The notes under the pieces were generated by a model, which was not told where the DNA came from, ran no database searches, and saw nothing but the letters and a program-made list of their open reading frames with translations. Positions 1 through 9,904 of a DNA stretch of 64,000 nucleotides are shown here, piece after piece (within the stretch, counting starts at the first letter, position 1; the number at the start of each line of letters is the position of its first letter). Made by a program: the position numbers and the translations under genes. The stretch is taken from the IMG/VR virus record IMGVR_UViG_3300049793_000366, positions 1 to 64,000 of that record; one strand, 5' to 3'.

Positions 1-417
1 CTATTTGTTTTCTTTTTCTATCTGTAAAAGCCATTTCAAATCTTCTTTTACTTGTTTAGGGAACCATTTTACTAAATAATCTATATCTTCTAAACGCAGA
101 CCATAGTATCTAAGTAGCATCATTTTTTCCTTCTCACTAAATCCATCATCTTCGCTTTCTGTTGGTTTGTTTGTAGCTTTAGACCAGATCCATTTTGGAT
201 AAGGTTTATTATATAAAAAATAATACCAACAATCGAATGCTAATGATTTATCTATTTTCTTATGATTTAACTCACTCGCAAACTCAGGAAAACCTTTGGA
301 TAAATATCGATTAATTATGAAGAAGTATTTCTCTTTAAGAGCATCGCTTAAATCTGGAAATTTATTCTTATCCTTAATCAAGACGTTACAAACGTCAAAT
401 AATGTATCATTTATCAT
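1..417 (-). CDS. putative clamp loader small subunit (T4 gp62-like)
   Basis: FFIINRYLS..ASELN..DKSLAFD..KWIW..LLRYYG resembles the gp62 FMINRALS/ANEMN/YYG pattern; 138 aa. Confidence 0.5.
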   Translation of the reverse strand: MINDTLFDVCNVLIKDKNKFPDLSDALKEKYFFIINRYLSKGFPEFASELNHKKIDKSLAFDCWYYFLYNKPYPKWIWSKATNKPTESEDDGFSEKEKMMLLRYYGLRLEDIDYLVKWFPKQVKEDLKWLLQIEKENK

Positions 418-446
418 AACATTTTATTTTTTAATTTGTAAAAGTT

Positions 447-971
447 TTAACAGATTAACGAGTTTATACGCATATCTCTATATTCAGACATATCCAATAG
501 CTTAACAAAGTCTTCTGGGAATGCTGATATTATTTGAGCGCGAGTTAGTTCACCTGAGTATTTACCTGGTGTTTCATTCGCAGTAACATATTCACCATTG
601 TCTAATTTATATTCAAATCGATGACTTAATGCGTTGTAATAATACGGACTGTGTTCTACTTTAGAACGTATTGCGGGTAATTTATTAATCTCAGTGAGTA
701 TTTTGACCAAATTTTGACCAAGTTCCTTATGATTATGTGGATTTGGGTTTGATGAGCCATAACCATATGACATACCAGAAGTCATACTGGACATAGTAGG
801 ATTATGTATATTTTGTTGATTCGCCAAAGTCTCATAATATTCACAGTAACAAGCAAGTAGCTCTACTACTGTATTATTCTCTACACCTAATTGTGAACTT
901 AAAACTGGCTTCCACCTTTTAACGTGTTTAGCACAATCCTTTAAAATTAAATCCAATTGATTTTTTGTCAT
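447..971 (-). CDS. hypothetical protein with C-terminal RDMRINSL motif
   Basis: 174-aa ORF; carries the shared C-terminal motif. Confidence 0.7.
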   Translation of the reverse strand: MTKNQLDLILKDCAKHVKRWKPVLSSQLGVENNTVVELLACYCEYYETLANQQNIHNPTMSSMTSGMSYGYGSSNPNPHNHKELGQNLVKILTEINKLPAIRSKVEHSPYYYNALSHRFEYKLDNGEYVTANETPGKYSGELTRAQIISAFPEDFVKLLDMSEYRDMRINSLIC

Positions 972-1015
972 ATCAACATTTTTTTGTATTTTTATACAAA
1001 ATTTAATAAAAGTTT

Positions 1016-1675
1016 ATGAAACAGTACCCATCCATACCTTATTGGTCATCCGATTTACTCGGTGAGTCTTGTATTGCATTTGATAAGCTGGATGGATCTA
1101 ACATTCGCTGTGAATGGAGCAGAAAGCGTGGTTGGTATAAATTTGGCACCAGAACACAAATGATTGATGAACGAAATGAAAACTTCGGTGATGCTATACC
1201 ATTATTTCTTGATAAGTATGGTGATGATTTGGGTAGAGTTTTTCATGACAGACAATATAAATCAAAACCTAATTATGTCGCTTTCTTCGAATACTTAGGA
1301 CCTAATTCATTTGCTGGCCAGCATTCAATAACTGATAAAAAAGATGTTGTTCTTCTCGACATATCAGAATATAAACGTGGTTTAATACCACCAAAAGAAT
1401 TTGTTCAAAACTTCGGACATCTACATATTCCGAATATAATCTATCAGGGATATCTAAATCAACAATTTATCGATGATATTAAAAATGGGCAATACCCAGT
1501 AGATGAAGGTGTTATGTGCAAAGGTACTCGAAAAACCAAGGGTAGTGAGCTTATTTGGATTGCTAAAGTCAAAACAAAATCTTGGGTAGATAAAGTAAAA
1601 GCCAAGTATGGCGCAGAATGGACAAGGAAAGAACTTAATGGTGATAAAAATCTCATAGATTATTTTAATATATAA
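1016..1675 (+). CDS. ATP-dependent RNA ligase family protein
   Basis: Ligase motifs: I KLDGSN, III FFEYLG, IIIa LLDI, IV EGVMCK, V AKVK. Confidence 0.75.
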   Translation: MKQYPSIPYWSSDLLGESCIAFDKLDGSNIRCEWSRKRGWYKFGTRTQMIDERNENFGDAIPLFLDKYGDDLGRVFHDRQYKSKPNYVAFFEYLGPNSFAGQHSITDKKDVVLLDISEYKRGLIPPKEFVQNFGHLHIPNIIYQGYLNQQFIDDIKNGQYPVDEGVMCKGTRKTKGSELIWIAKVKTKSWVDKVKAKYGAEWTRKELNGDKNLIDYFNI

Positions 1676-1678
1676 TTT

Positions 1679-2035
1679 GTGATTCTGTTTAAGTGGTTAA
1701 ATGAGCAATATATACAACTTAGCTCTTATTTGCGTACTATACAAAAAGCCAAAACCAGTAGAATAGAAGTTGAAAGTGATGTCAAAGGTATCATTGATTT
1801 CTTTCACTACAATGGTGTATATAGCATAAGAGACTACCATGAGTTGAATGATTTAGAAAAATCATTCATAAAATCGATGCTTCGTACCAGAAGCAGACAG
1901 CATCAAATCGAAGTCGAGTTTCATTTAGAATTAGAACTTGCCAATAAGCAACAGTTGAAGCGTATGTTAAAAATGTACGAAGAAGAAGAGAATTATGAAA
2001 AGTGTTCTGTGATTAAGAAGAAGATTGATTCGTAA
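1679..2035 (+). CDS. hypothetical protein with C-terminal UVR (UvrB/C)-like motif
   Basis: Ends EEENYEKCSVIKKKI; start codon uncertain. Confidence 0.5.
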   Translation: MILFKWLNEQYIQLSSYLRTIQKAKTSRIEVESDVKGIIDFFHYNGVYSIRDYHELNDLEKSFIKSMLRTRSRQHQIEVEFHLELELANKQQLKRMLKMYEEEENYEKCSVIKKKIDS

Positions 2036-2480
2036 CATACTTTATGTTATAGAATATTTGAATTGGACATTTGTATTTCTTAAAATCTTTAAATTGAAGC
2101 ATATCAAAGTCAACACAATGATAGGGACCGAAATCATCTTCTCCTTTTAAATCTTGTTCATCGCAAAATTTGAAATCATATTTTAATGTAAACCTTACAA
2201 ACTCCTTTAATAAATAATCTCTTATAAAGAGTTTAGCCTCTTCGTAACTGGAATTATTATACATCGCTGTAATAGTTTCAATATCTGAATCATTCGGAAC
2301 AATTTCAGCACTTATTGTAAATACGTTACTTGGTTCATCAACTACATCGTAGTATACCTCTAATTCATTAACTTCATACGAACACTCTTCGAAATATAGA
2401 GATACCCATTCTTTAACTTTCTGTGTTGATAGAAATTCAGAATTCTCCGTAAGAAGCTTAAATGACTTTAAATATTTCAT
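2013..2480 (-). CDS. hypothetical protein, N-terminal MKYLKSF family
   Basis: MKYLKSFKLLTE; TAATATATA directly upstream. Confidence 0.7.
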   Translation of the reverse strand: MKYLKSFKLLTENSEFLSTQKVKEWVSLYFEECSYEVNELEVYYDVVDEPSNVFTISAEIVPNDSDIETITAMYNNSSYEEAKLFIRDYLLKEFVRFTLKYDFKFCDEQDLKGEDDFGPYHCVDFDMLQFKDFKKYKCPIQIFYNIKYVTNQSSS

Positions 2481-2484
2481 AAAT

Positions 2485-2528
2485 TATATATTAAAAATAA
2501 CCATACAAGATTTGGATTATAATATATA
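2485..2528. promoter_or_regulatory. back-to-back TAATATATA motifs (putative late promoters)
   Basis: Minus 2485-2493, plus 2520-2528. Confidence 0.6.
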
Positions 2529-2532
2529 CCTT

Positions 2533-3252
2533 ATGATTGAATTGAATAAGGTTTACCACGACGATTGTATAAATATTCTAAAGCAAATCAGCGATAAGTC
2601 AGTAGACTTAATACTTACAGACCCTCCGTATATAATTTCACGCAAGAGCAATTTCATTCACGCAACTGAGAATATAGATCCAGTAGTGGTTGGTAAGTTC
2701 TACAAACATTCAATCGATTTTGGTGATTGGGATAAAGAACAACTTAACATTGATGAATTGTTTGCCGAATTCAGTAGAATATTAAGACCCGGTGGAACAG
2801 TGATATGGTTCTATGATGCTTGGAAGATTGGTGAGATAAAGGATATAGCGGAAGGCTTAGACTTTAAGCAACCAAGAATATGTCAATGGGTTAAGAATAA
2901 TCCAGTACCAGTAAACTCTAAACACAATTACCTATCAAATGCTATTGAGTTCTTTGTAACATTTGTAAAGAGAGGTAAGCCAACATTTAATTCGCAATAT
3001 GATAATGGAATTTATAATTACCCAATCTATCACGCGAAAGATAGATTTCACCCAACTCAAAAGCCAATAGAATTATTTAAGGAATTGATTATAAAGCATA
3101 GTGATGAAAATATGATTGTACTTGATCCATTTGCGGGTTCTTCCACGACAGCCATTGCGGCTATGGAAACAAACAGACGATGGATTATGATTGAAAAAAA
3201 TATTGAATATTATGAGAAATCCATCGAAAGACTTAAGCTCGTATATCAGTAG
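2533..3252 (+). CDS. DNA N6-adenine/N4-cytosine methyltransferase (beta class)
   Basis: LTDPPY, HPTQKP, LDPFAGS in beta-class order; ATG 2533 preferred to TTG 2512. Confidence 0.9.
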   Translation: MIELNKVYHDDCINILKQISDKSVDLILTDPPYIISRKSNFIHATENIDPVVVGKFYKHSIDFGDWDKEQLNIDELFAEFSRILRPGGTVIWFYDAWKIGEIKDIAEGLDFKQPRICQWVKNNPVPVNSKHNYLSNAIEFFVTFVKRGKPTFNSQYDNGIYNYPIYHAKDRFHPTQKPIELFKELIIKHSDENMIVLDPFAGSSTTAIAAMETNRRWIMIEKNIEYYEKSIERLKLVYQ

Positions 3253-3412
3253 TATCGTAGATACAATAACAAAGGATGACCCTGTAAGAAAAAGGTGGTT
3301 TCCGGAATATCTCAAGATGAAGTATGTGGATAGATTATCTGCTGAAACATTAGAGGGATTCTGTTTCAGAATGGAGAGAGACAGAAAAATAGATTACATT
3401 ATTAATATATAA
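3212..3412 (+). CDS. small hypothetical protein with C-terminal RDRKIDYII motif
   Basis: Overlaps the methyltransferase end; shared C-terminal motif. Confidence 0.55.
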   Translation: MRNPSKDLSSYISSIVDTITKDDPVRKRWFPEYLKMKYVDRLSAETLEGFCFRMERDRKIDYIINI

Positions 3413-3415
3413 ATT

Positions 3416-4072
3416 ATGAAACATATTAGAACATTTGAAGAGTTAAACTTCGATACATACTACAATGCTGGTAAGAAGCTAAAAGACGAAGCTAAAGTAC
3501 CGGGCGGTAAAAGCTGGGAAAGAGATAAAACAAACACGCATTATAAAAGAGGTGCTGAAATACATAAATGGGCTTATACTAAAGAGTATAAAGATTTAGG
3601 TATTTTGGATGTTTATAGCAACAAAGGTGGTGGTAAAGCTGAGGCTATGATATCATCTTTACATATAGACCCTCTTAGTTTTTTTGAGAGTTTTATAGCT
3701 GAGGATGACCGTCCAGAGACAGGGTATATCACTATGTTTACTCAGGTATATAATATGAGTAGTGATGACGTTGAAGATTTATATTTTATAAACCTTCCAC
3801 TTAGATGGACTAACGATAAATTTCATGTAGATGGTGAACCAAACATAGACACAGATATGATAACATTGAAAGATAGACAATCAGCTATGAAGTTACGTAA
3901 GGCATTGAGTCTTGGGAATTGGATATCTGAGTTATCAAGCGATCCTAAGCTTGATAACTACGATGAGGATCTTGATATTAAGCACCAGTTTATGTTATAC
4001 TCTACACCAGATGAGTATGAAAAAATGATTAATGCATTCAAGAATATATCAGTAAATAAACTATATAAATAA
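3416..4072 (+). CDS. hypothetical protein, N-terminal MKHIRTFEE family
   Basis: N-terminal motif; TAATATATA at 3403. Confidence 0.7.
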   Translation: MKHIRTFEELNFDTYYNAGKKLKDEAKVPGGKSWERDKTNTHYKRGAEIHKWAYTKEYKDLGILDVYSNKGGGKAEAMISSLHIDPLSFFESFIAEDDRPETGYITMFTQVYNMSSDDVEDLYFINLPLRWTNDKFHVDGEPNIDTDMITLKDRQSAMKLRKALSLGNWISELSSDPKLDNYDEDLDIKHQFMLYSTPDEYEKMINAFKNISVNKLYK

Positions 4073-4074
4073 AT

Positions 4075-4362
4075 ATGAACTTTAGAAAAAGAACGAAAGA
4101 GGAAGTTGACTACGCAGTTGACGTTAAAAAAGATTTTACCGGAGGTTATGAATTCATGCCTTGGTTATTATGGATGAGACCTATGTACGTAGTTGGTATG
4201 TTTGGTAACCTAGCATTTGGTATAGCTGGGTGGAAAATAGGAATTGTTGAACAGGATCCTATCGGTTTTGCTGTTGGTGGATTTTTCACAGCCGCATCAA
4301 TATTAATATTCTTCTTACTTAGAAGAGATTTCAAAGAAGGAAAGCAAGGAAAAACAAGATAA
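4075..4362 (+). CDS. small membrane protein
   Basis: Two hydrophobic segments. Confidence 0.6.
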   Translation: MNFRKRTKEEVDYAVDVKKDFTGGYEFMPWLLWMRPMYVVGMFGNLAFGIAGWKIGIVEQDPIGFAVGGFFTAASILIFFLLRRDFKEGKQGKTR

Positions 4363-4363
4363 T

Positions 4364-4399
4364 AAAAAAAGCACTCAATCGAAATCGAGTGCTTTTTTT
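4364..4399. terminator. bidirectional intrinsic terminator
   Basis: AAAAAAAGCACTC..GAGTGCTTTTTT between convergent genes. Confidence 0.8.
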
Positions 4400-5165
4400 A
4401 TTTCCAAATACTTCCTAAATCAATCTTATTATTTATCTCCACTACTTTATTATTATTCTTAACTGAATATTTTGAGAAGCCTTTAAAGCGTTCAATTATA
4501 TTATTGATTCTTGCTTTTTCTGAATCATCCATATCATTATTAAATATCTCTATTAAATTATCAATCTCTGAAAAAGTCAACAATTTTTTATTACCCAAGA
4601 AGTACATAAAATTATAATCATATGTATTGTAAATCTGTGAATTTGGTGCCTGTGACTTTTCTATTAAATAGTGAGTCAATGAAGTTTCTATACCAATTGA
4701 TGGAATAGAATATCTATAACCTTCTATTGTAAATTCTTTAGTATCGATATTAAAACTATCTTTTAATAAATCAGTTAAATTGAAGTAATTGAATTTATCA
4801 GGTGTGAAATCTACAAACTCTTGCTTACCAGTTACATCATTATAATACTCAATCTTAATTGTCTTGTTTTGAGAATAAGATACTATTTGTAAGAATATGA
4901 ATACAACATCAATGCTCTTAATATCTTCAAATGTGTATTTTGATGGCATAGTAGTGTATTTCCTAACTATGTTTTTAACCAGACTCAAAACAACAGCTAT
5001 ATCATTGGTATATAGTTTTTCATATTCAAGAATATCCTCAACTGATGCCTTCTTAATCCATAACCTAAAATCAGCATTGTAGAATATACCCTGAGAAGGT
5101 AAGCTCTTTATCACTATTTCCTTTCGTTTCCTTATTCTATCAAGCCAGTCGAATATAACCTTCAT
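4398..5165 (-). CDS. baseplate hub/tail assembly protein (T4 gp26-like), paralog of 62130..63071
   Basis: LPSQGIFY..IKKASVEDI..IKSIDVVFIFLQI..YSIPSIG parallels LPLGMFY..VRAAQVKEI..VKDGDRIYLIFLI..IAPPTIG. Confidence 0.55.
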   Translation of the reverse strand: MKVIFDWLDRIRKRKEIVIKSLPSQGIFYNADFRLWIKKASVEDILEYEKLYTNDIAVVLSLVKNIVRKYTTMPSKYTFEDIKSIDVVFIFLQIVSYSQNKTIKIEYYNDVTGKQEFVDFTPDKFNYFNLTDLLKDSFNIDTKEFTIEGYRYSIPSIGIETSLTHYLIEKSQAPNSQIYNTYDYNFMYFLGNKKLLTFSEIDNLIEIFNNDMDDSEKARINNIIERFKGFSKYSVKNNNKVVEINNKIDLGSIWK

Positions 5166-5260
5166 TGAGAAATTTTTATTTCTTTATATATCCAAGAAAT
5201 TGCCTTTTGTTCACAGTCAAATTGTAAAAAACCTTAAATTTTAACTTAAACCGCTATAAT

Positions 5261-5292
5261 TTTGCCGATTTAGCATAAAGTTTGTATATTAG
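5261..5292 (+). promoter_or_regulatory. Bacteroidota-type promoter (variant)
   Basis: TTTG-N20-TATATTAG just before ORF 5298. Confidence 0.5.
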
Positions 5293-5297
5293 CATAT

Positions 5298-5774
5298 ATG
5301 AGTATGAACAGAAATAGGGAATATACTAAGGAATTAGCCCAGCGTATTAAGCTTCACTATGAGCATTCCGACTTCAGTAAAAAGTTTATAGAAACTTTAC
5401 TTGAGGATAGAAAATACTGCACTGATAGAATACTCAAAATAGCCAGCGAAGAGTTTAATCGAACACTTTCACATAAAGATGCAATCACGGTTCTACAATA
5501 TGTTCAATTAAATATACATAGACTTGCGGAAACAAGTGGTGTATATGCTGATAGTAGAACAATCGATGCTGTTATGTTTGGTGAACAAGAAGAAGAGATA
5601 AATTACACAAAATTAAACTTCGTACCATCTGCTAAAATCCTATATGATGAAGGATTTTATACAGAAAGCATGAAGCGTTATGGTAATAGTGGGTATATCG
5701 GTTATAACTTAGATTACATCGGTGTTAAAGTAGACCTAAGTGAAGATATTTTAGATTCAGCTCTTACTTATTAA
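5298..5774 (+). CDS. hypothetical protein
   Basis: 158-aa ORF with upstream promoter. Confidence 0.65.
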   Translation: MSMNRNREYTKELAQRIKLHYEHSDFSKKFIETLLEDRKYCTDRILKIASEEFNRTLSHKDAITVLQYVQLNIHRLAETSGVYADSRTIDAVMFGEQEEEINYTKLNFVPSAKILYDEGFYTESMKRYGNSGYIGYNLDYIGVKVDLSEDILDSALTY

Positions 5775-6792
5775 ACCTGTTATAGGCTTGTGTAGTAATC
5801 TGAACGAAGTTTGCATTGCCTTTGAACTCTTCAATCGTTCTGAATCCACAATAGCTCATGTTAGATTTTAAATAATCAGTGAAGTTTTCAACCCAAGAGT
5901 TAAGTGAGTATTCTACTCTATTATATTTAGTGATTCCCTCAGCAGTTTTCAAATCGTCTTTCTTCCAAGTCTTTTGAACTTCTTTAGTTGACATTCCTCT
6001 GTAATACTTATAAATATCTTCACCTAAAGAAAAGCGATTTAAAGCGTCTTCTGAGCCAATTTTGATATATTGCTCACCTACTTTAGTATAACTGTCTGAA
6101 ACGCTCTCTAAACACTTATTAAGTATACCACCAATCATAACTGCATCGGCACCTAAGCCAATTGCTTTTATTATATCAGAGAAGTTTCTAAATCCACCAT
6201 CAGCTATAATCTTAGTAGGATTAGTAAACTCTTTACTGATTACACCACATTCGAATATCAGTGATGCCATAGGGTAGTGAATTGCTACATTAGCTGACGT
6301 TGTGCAAGCAGAACCACCACCAATACCACAGCGCACCCAATCAACACCAATTTTACAAAATTCTCTGTATGTTTCTGGGTTAGCGATATTACCAACCATT
6401 AACTCAACATCGTATTCTTTTTTAATTCGAGAAGCTATATCAAATAACTTCTTCATATGCCCATTCGCGATATCAATAAGAACTTTTTTGGGTAATAATT
6501 TACCCGCTTCTACAATTTCGATTATCTCGTCTAAACCATATGCGTAAAATAAATGTGTATTGCTACCTGTGAAGTTGATACCTCTCGGTAGACAAATATT
6601 TATACCCTTTTCATAAAATTGATTAGCATTATCAGAGCCAATAACAGTGTCCATTGGTGCTGTGAAGAGTGGTAACATATTGATACCATTCTCTACTTTA
6701 AGTGTTGGGCTTACTTCTTTGCGACTATCTATATCACTAATTGTTGCCGGAACAATAGTAATATCGTTCCAATCGAATTTAACTTGACTCAT
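5764..6792 (-). CDS. IMP dehydrogenase/GMP reductase family enzyme (probably GMP reductase)
   Basis: TAPMDTV, DIANGH, GIGGGSACTT catalytic loop, IIADGG, YRGMST..AEG; no CBS domain and no flap RY dyad. Confidence 0.85.
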   Translation of the reverse strand: MSQVKFDWNDITIVPATISDIDSRKEVSPTLKVENGINMLPLFTAPMDTVIGSDNANQFYEKGINICLPRGINFTGSNTHLFYAYGLDEIIEIVEAGKLLPKKVLIDIANGHMKKLFDIASRIKKEYDVELMVGNIANPETYREFCKIGVDWVRCGIGGGSACTTSANVAIHYPMASLIFECGVISKEFTNPTKIIADGGFRNFSDIIKAIGLGADAVMIGGILNKCLESVSDSYTKVGEQYIKIGSEDALNRFSLGEDIYKYYRGMSTKEVQKTWKKDDLKTAEGITKYNRVEYSLNSWVENFTDYLKSNMSYCGFRTIEEFKGNANFVQITTQAYNRFNK

Positions 6793-6821
6793 TTATGTTA
6801 TTTCTTTTTAAGAGGATCCTG

Positions 6822-7085
6822 TTATGGATAGATTGTATAATCCTCTTCAATAGTTACTTCTGCGAATTTGTAACCATCATTTTTCTTAGCAACAAAAAAT
6901 AGTTCGACTGTCTTAAGCTTCAATTCATCAGAATCTTTACCTACTAAAAGAACGTTGAATTCTTTCTCCCACTTCTTACCTATATTATAGGCTTCTGACA
7001 ATTTTTCAATAGCCGTTCTTGATGATTTGTGTGAGTCATAATAAAGTCTTACACTTGCTTCGAATGTTCTGTTCTTAATTTCCAT
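6822..7085 (-). CDS. hypothetical protein
   Basis: 87-aa ORF in a minus-strand gene run. Confidence 0.6.
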   Translation of the reverse strand: MEIKNRTFEASVRLYYDSHKSSRTAIEKLSEAYNIGKKWEKEFNVLLVGKDSDELKLKTVELFFVAKKNDGYKFAEVTIEEDYTIYP

Positions 7086-7116
7086 GTTGGTTATATGAAT
7101 TTAGTAGAGTGAAAGT

Positions 7117-7425
7117 TTAATTAAATAGCCTGTTTATTTGCGTATCTCTGGCTGATTCTGTATCTAAAACATTAAATACGTGAGCATCAAGTTCATAGAA
7201 CATACCAGATTCATAGATTCTGAGCGTACCACGGTCATTTAACACAGATATAGAACTACCATTCAGTTTAATTATTTTGTATATCTTCCCAGGTGTTAAT
7301 GCCGCATTGGCATACGCTCCCCATCTTGGGTTATCAAACCTATAATAAGCATATCGGGATTCACTTGTAACCCTGGCTTGTTTTTTAATTTTAGCTTTAT
7401 CTACTTTTAATCCGTTAAACCACAT
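7117..7425 (-). CDS. hypothetical protein with C-terminal RDTQINRL motif
   Basis: LTPGKIYKI core plus shared C-terminal motif. Confidence 0.65.
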   Translation of the reverse strand: MWFNGLKVDKAKIKKQARVTSESRYAYYRFDNPRWGAYANAALTPGKIYKIIKLNGSSISVLNDRGTLRIYESGMFYELDAHVFNVLDTESARDTQINRLFN

Positions 7426-7427
7426 TT

Positions 7428-8918
7428 TTAATATAGCTGTTCAAATGTTTTTATTTCATTACTTGATACTCTTCGCACTACTTGTTTTTTATTTATGCTG
7501 TGTACCGTTTTTAATCCCATCGCGCCTGCTAAATGCATAACTGAATGAACTGTATTCTTGTGAAAGTTTTTAACTCTCTCTGACTTTCTAACTGGGTCAA
7601 GTGAGTTCCATTTATTTTTATTTTGTGTTGCTACACCAACTGGACATTCATCTGTATTACAAAGTCGTGCTTGAATACAACCCAATGATAACATAAACCC
7701 ACGAGCAGAGTTAACAAGAGACGCACCCATCGATAGGGCTTTCAATACATCAAAGGCATCAATCATTTTACCAGATGCTATGATTTTAATCTCATTTTTC
7801 TTACCATACATAATCATCAGTTTATCAACAATACTAAGCGCATCAATCAATGGTGTTCCAACATTATTTGTAAACTCTAAAGGCGCGGCTCCTGTGCCAC
7901 CCTCTGAACCATCTATTGTTATAAAGTCAGGACAAATATTTAATTTATTCATTGCGATAAATATATCCTCTAATTCAGATGCATTACCAACACATAGTTT
8001 AAATCCAACTGGTTTACCACCTGATAATTGTCTTAACTTCTCAATGAATAAAATTAAACCTTCGGAGTTGTTGAATGATGTATGATAAGGTGGTGAATCA
8101 ATTTGTATGAATGGTTCAACACCTCTGATGTTAGCAATCTCTGGTGTGTTCTTTTTTGCTGGTAAAACACCACCGTGTCCGGGTTTCGCACCTTGTGATA
8201 GCTTAAGTTCAATCATCTTCACCTCTGGTCTTGTTGCGTTCTTAGTAAACATATCGATGTCAAAGTATCTAACACCATTTATTGTTTTACCTGCGCCAAA
8301 ATAACCAGTACCTATTTGAAAGCATAAATCACCACCTTGTAAATGATATTCTGATATCCCACCTTCACCAGTATTATGGTAGAATCCACCCAATTTAGAA
8401 CCTTGATTTAATGATTTGATAGCTGTTGGTGATAAAGCACCATATGACATTGCTGAGATATTTAATATTGATGCGCTGTATGGTTGTTTACAGCGAGAGC
8501 CACCAATTAAAACTCGCGGTTCATCGGCTATCTTAGTAGGATATATTGAATGATTGACCCACTCAGTACCAACTTTCTTTAAATCATGTTGTGTACCGAA
8601 TGGTGTAGAATCTATCTCATTTTTAGAACGCTGATATACGACAGACCTCTGTTCTCTTGTGAACGGAGTTCCGTCGATATCTGTCTCAATAAAATATTGA
8701 AGTAATTTAGGTCTTAGTATTTCTGCGAACCATCTGCCTCGACCAATAATTGGATAATTTCTCCAAAGTGTGTGCTTTGTTTGTTTTACATCAAACAGTG
8801 CAATCACGGCTAACAAGAGAAATATAACGCCCAGTGATAGTAATGATACAGAGCTACTTGTGTAGCCAAAAAATGTAGTAGCGAGTGCTAATGCTAATAG
8901 TGTGTATGTAATTTTCAT
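7428..8918 (-). CDS. FMN-binding glutamate synthase family protein (YerD-like) with N-terminal membrane segment
   Basis: ISAMSYGALS, HNTGEGG, ELKLSQGAKPGHGG, DGSEGGTGAAP, Fe-S motif CIQARLCNTDECPVGVATQ. Confidence 0.92.
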   Translation of the reverse strand: MKITYTLLALALATTFFGYTSSSVSLLSLGVIFLLLAVIALFDVKQTKHTLWRNYPIIGRGRWFAEILRPKLLQYFIETDIDGTPFTREQRSVVYQRSKNEIDSTPFGTQHDLKKVGTEWVNHSIYPTKIADEPRVLIGGSRCKQPYSASILNISAMSYGALSPTAIKSLNQGSKLGGFYHNTGEGGISEYHLQGGDLCFQIGTGYFGAGKTINGVRYFDIDMFTKNATRPEVKMIELKLSQGAKPGHGGVLPAKKNTPEIANIRGVEPFIQIDSPPYHTSFNNSEGLILFIEKLRQLSGGKPVGFKLCVGNASELEDIFIAMNKLNICPDFITIDGSEGGTGAAPLEFTNNVGTPLIDALSIVDKLMIMYGKKNEIKIIASGKMIDAFDVLKALSMGASLVNSARGFMLSLGCIQARLCNTDECPVGVATQNKNKWNSLDPVRKSERVKNFHKNTVHSVMHLAGAMGLKTVHSINKKQVVRRVSSNEIKTFEQLY

Positions 8919-8935
8919 TTATGTGTAATATTGTC

Positions 8936-8967
8936 CAAATATACGGAACATAAATGAAAAATACAAA
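8936..8967 (-). promoter_or_regulatory. Bacteroidota primary-sigma promoter
   Basis: TTTG-N20-TATATTTG upstream of the glutamate-synthase-like gene. Confidence 0.75.
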
Positions 8968-8971
8968 TATT

Positions 8972-9100
8972 TTAGTGATTAACTAAAAGATATGAACCGA
9001 TTATGAAAGCACCTAATAATACAAGCCATCCAATTGGAATTGTTTCGCCTTTACTGTGGTCAACCACAAATAATTTACCGGCAAGTTTTAATTTTCTCAT
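8972..9100 (-). CDS. small membrane protein (42 aa, not in ORF track)
   Basis: MRKLKLAGKLFVVDHSKGETIPIGWLVLLGAFIIGSYLLVNH; fills a gap in the minus-strand run. Confidence 0.45.
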   Translation of the reverse strand: MRKLKLAGKLFVVDHSKGETIPIGWLVLLGAFIIGSYLLVNH

Positions 9101-9230
9101 CGAGGTTTAAATTTAATTGTTCATTATTACTTACAGCAAGAATTTCCTTTTCTTGTTTATCCTGTTTGAGATTTTCAACATATACCTTTAACTCACGCTC
9201 CCAAAAATCTCTTCTTTCTATATCATTCAT
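9075..9230 (-). CDS. small hypothetical protein (51 aa, not in ORF track)
   Basis: MNDIERRDFWERELKVYVENLKQ...; begins 5 nt after the stop of the preceding minus-strand gene. Confidence 0.5.
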   Translation of the reverse strand: MNDIERRDFWERELKVYVENLKQDKQEKEILAVSNNEQLNLNLDEKIKTCR

Positions 9231-9235
9231 ATACT

Positions 9236-9538
9236 TTAGTAGAATATATACCTATCATTTTCAGTGATACAGTATATAGACGTTGCGATTATTCTTACAT
9301 CACCTTGTGTCTCATCAACAATAAATCTCATCGCTCCATCGATTAAATCATTGTTAAGAATTTTAATTGGTAGATTATTCATACCATTTAAAATTGTCCA
9401 TATAATGTCACCCTTATCAATCGTGATTGAGTGTTTACCTGTTAATTTACCTTTGTCTCCTTCTTCGTAGTAGGATTTCTTAATAAACTCACGCAATGTT
9501 TCAGCGTTGTCAAATTCAATCTTTAATTCGTTTTTCAT
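9236..9538 (-). CDS. hypothetical protein
   Basis: 100-aa ORF. Confidence 0.6.
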   Translation of the reverse strand: MKNELKIEFDNAETLREFIKKSYYEEGDKGKLTGKHSITIDKGDIIWTILNGMNNLPIKILNNDLIDGAMRFIVDETQGDVRIIATSIYCITENDRYIFY

Positions 9539-9580
9539 AGTAGTATGTTTATTAGTTCATACTTTCTATAATCTAAACAA

Positions 9581-9904
9581 TTAAAAGTTGTTAGAAATCT
9601 TCCTATCCCTCATTTCTGATATTGCTTCATTCAATAATTCCTGTAATGTATCAGCAGATGTACTCCAATGTGAGTTACTATCAACCTCTATAAAAAAATC
9701 ATCAATGAACGAATCAAGTTTAAAATATTTACCATAGTTCTCAACAAGCCAAATCAATTTCTCTTTAGACTTTATATAATCCTTTGATACGCTACTTAAA
9801 TGAACATCATTTTTAACGGTACAACATTGTCCAAATATATGAGTACGCAATTCATCTTTGATGTATTTAGCCGCTTCTGGTGTGTGTTCGAGAGTTTCTA
9901 ACAT
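9581..9904 (-). CDS. hypothetical protein with C-terminal RDRKISN motif
   Basis: ATG 9904 overlaps the upstream gene end; shared C-terminal motif. Confidence 0.6.
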   Translation of the reverse strand: MLETLEHTPEAAKYIKDELRTHIFGQCCTVKNDVHLSSVSKDYIKSKEKLIWLVENYGKYFKLDSFIDDFFIEVDSNSHWSTSADTLQELLNEAISEMRDRKISNNF

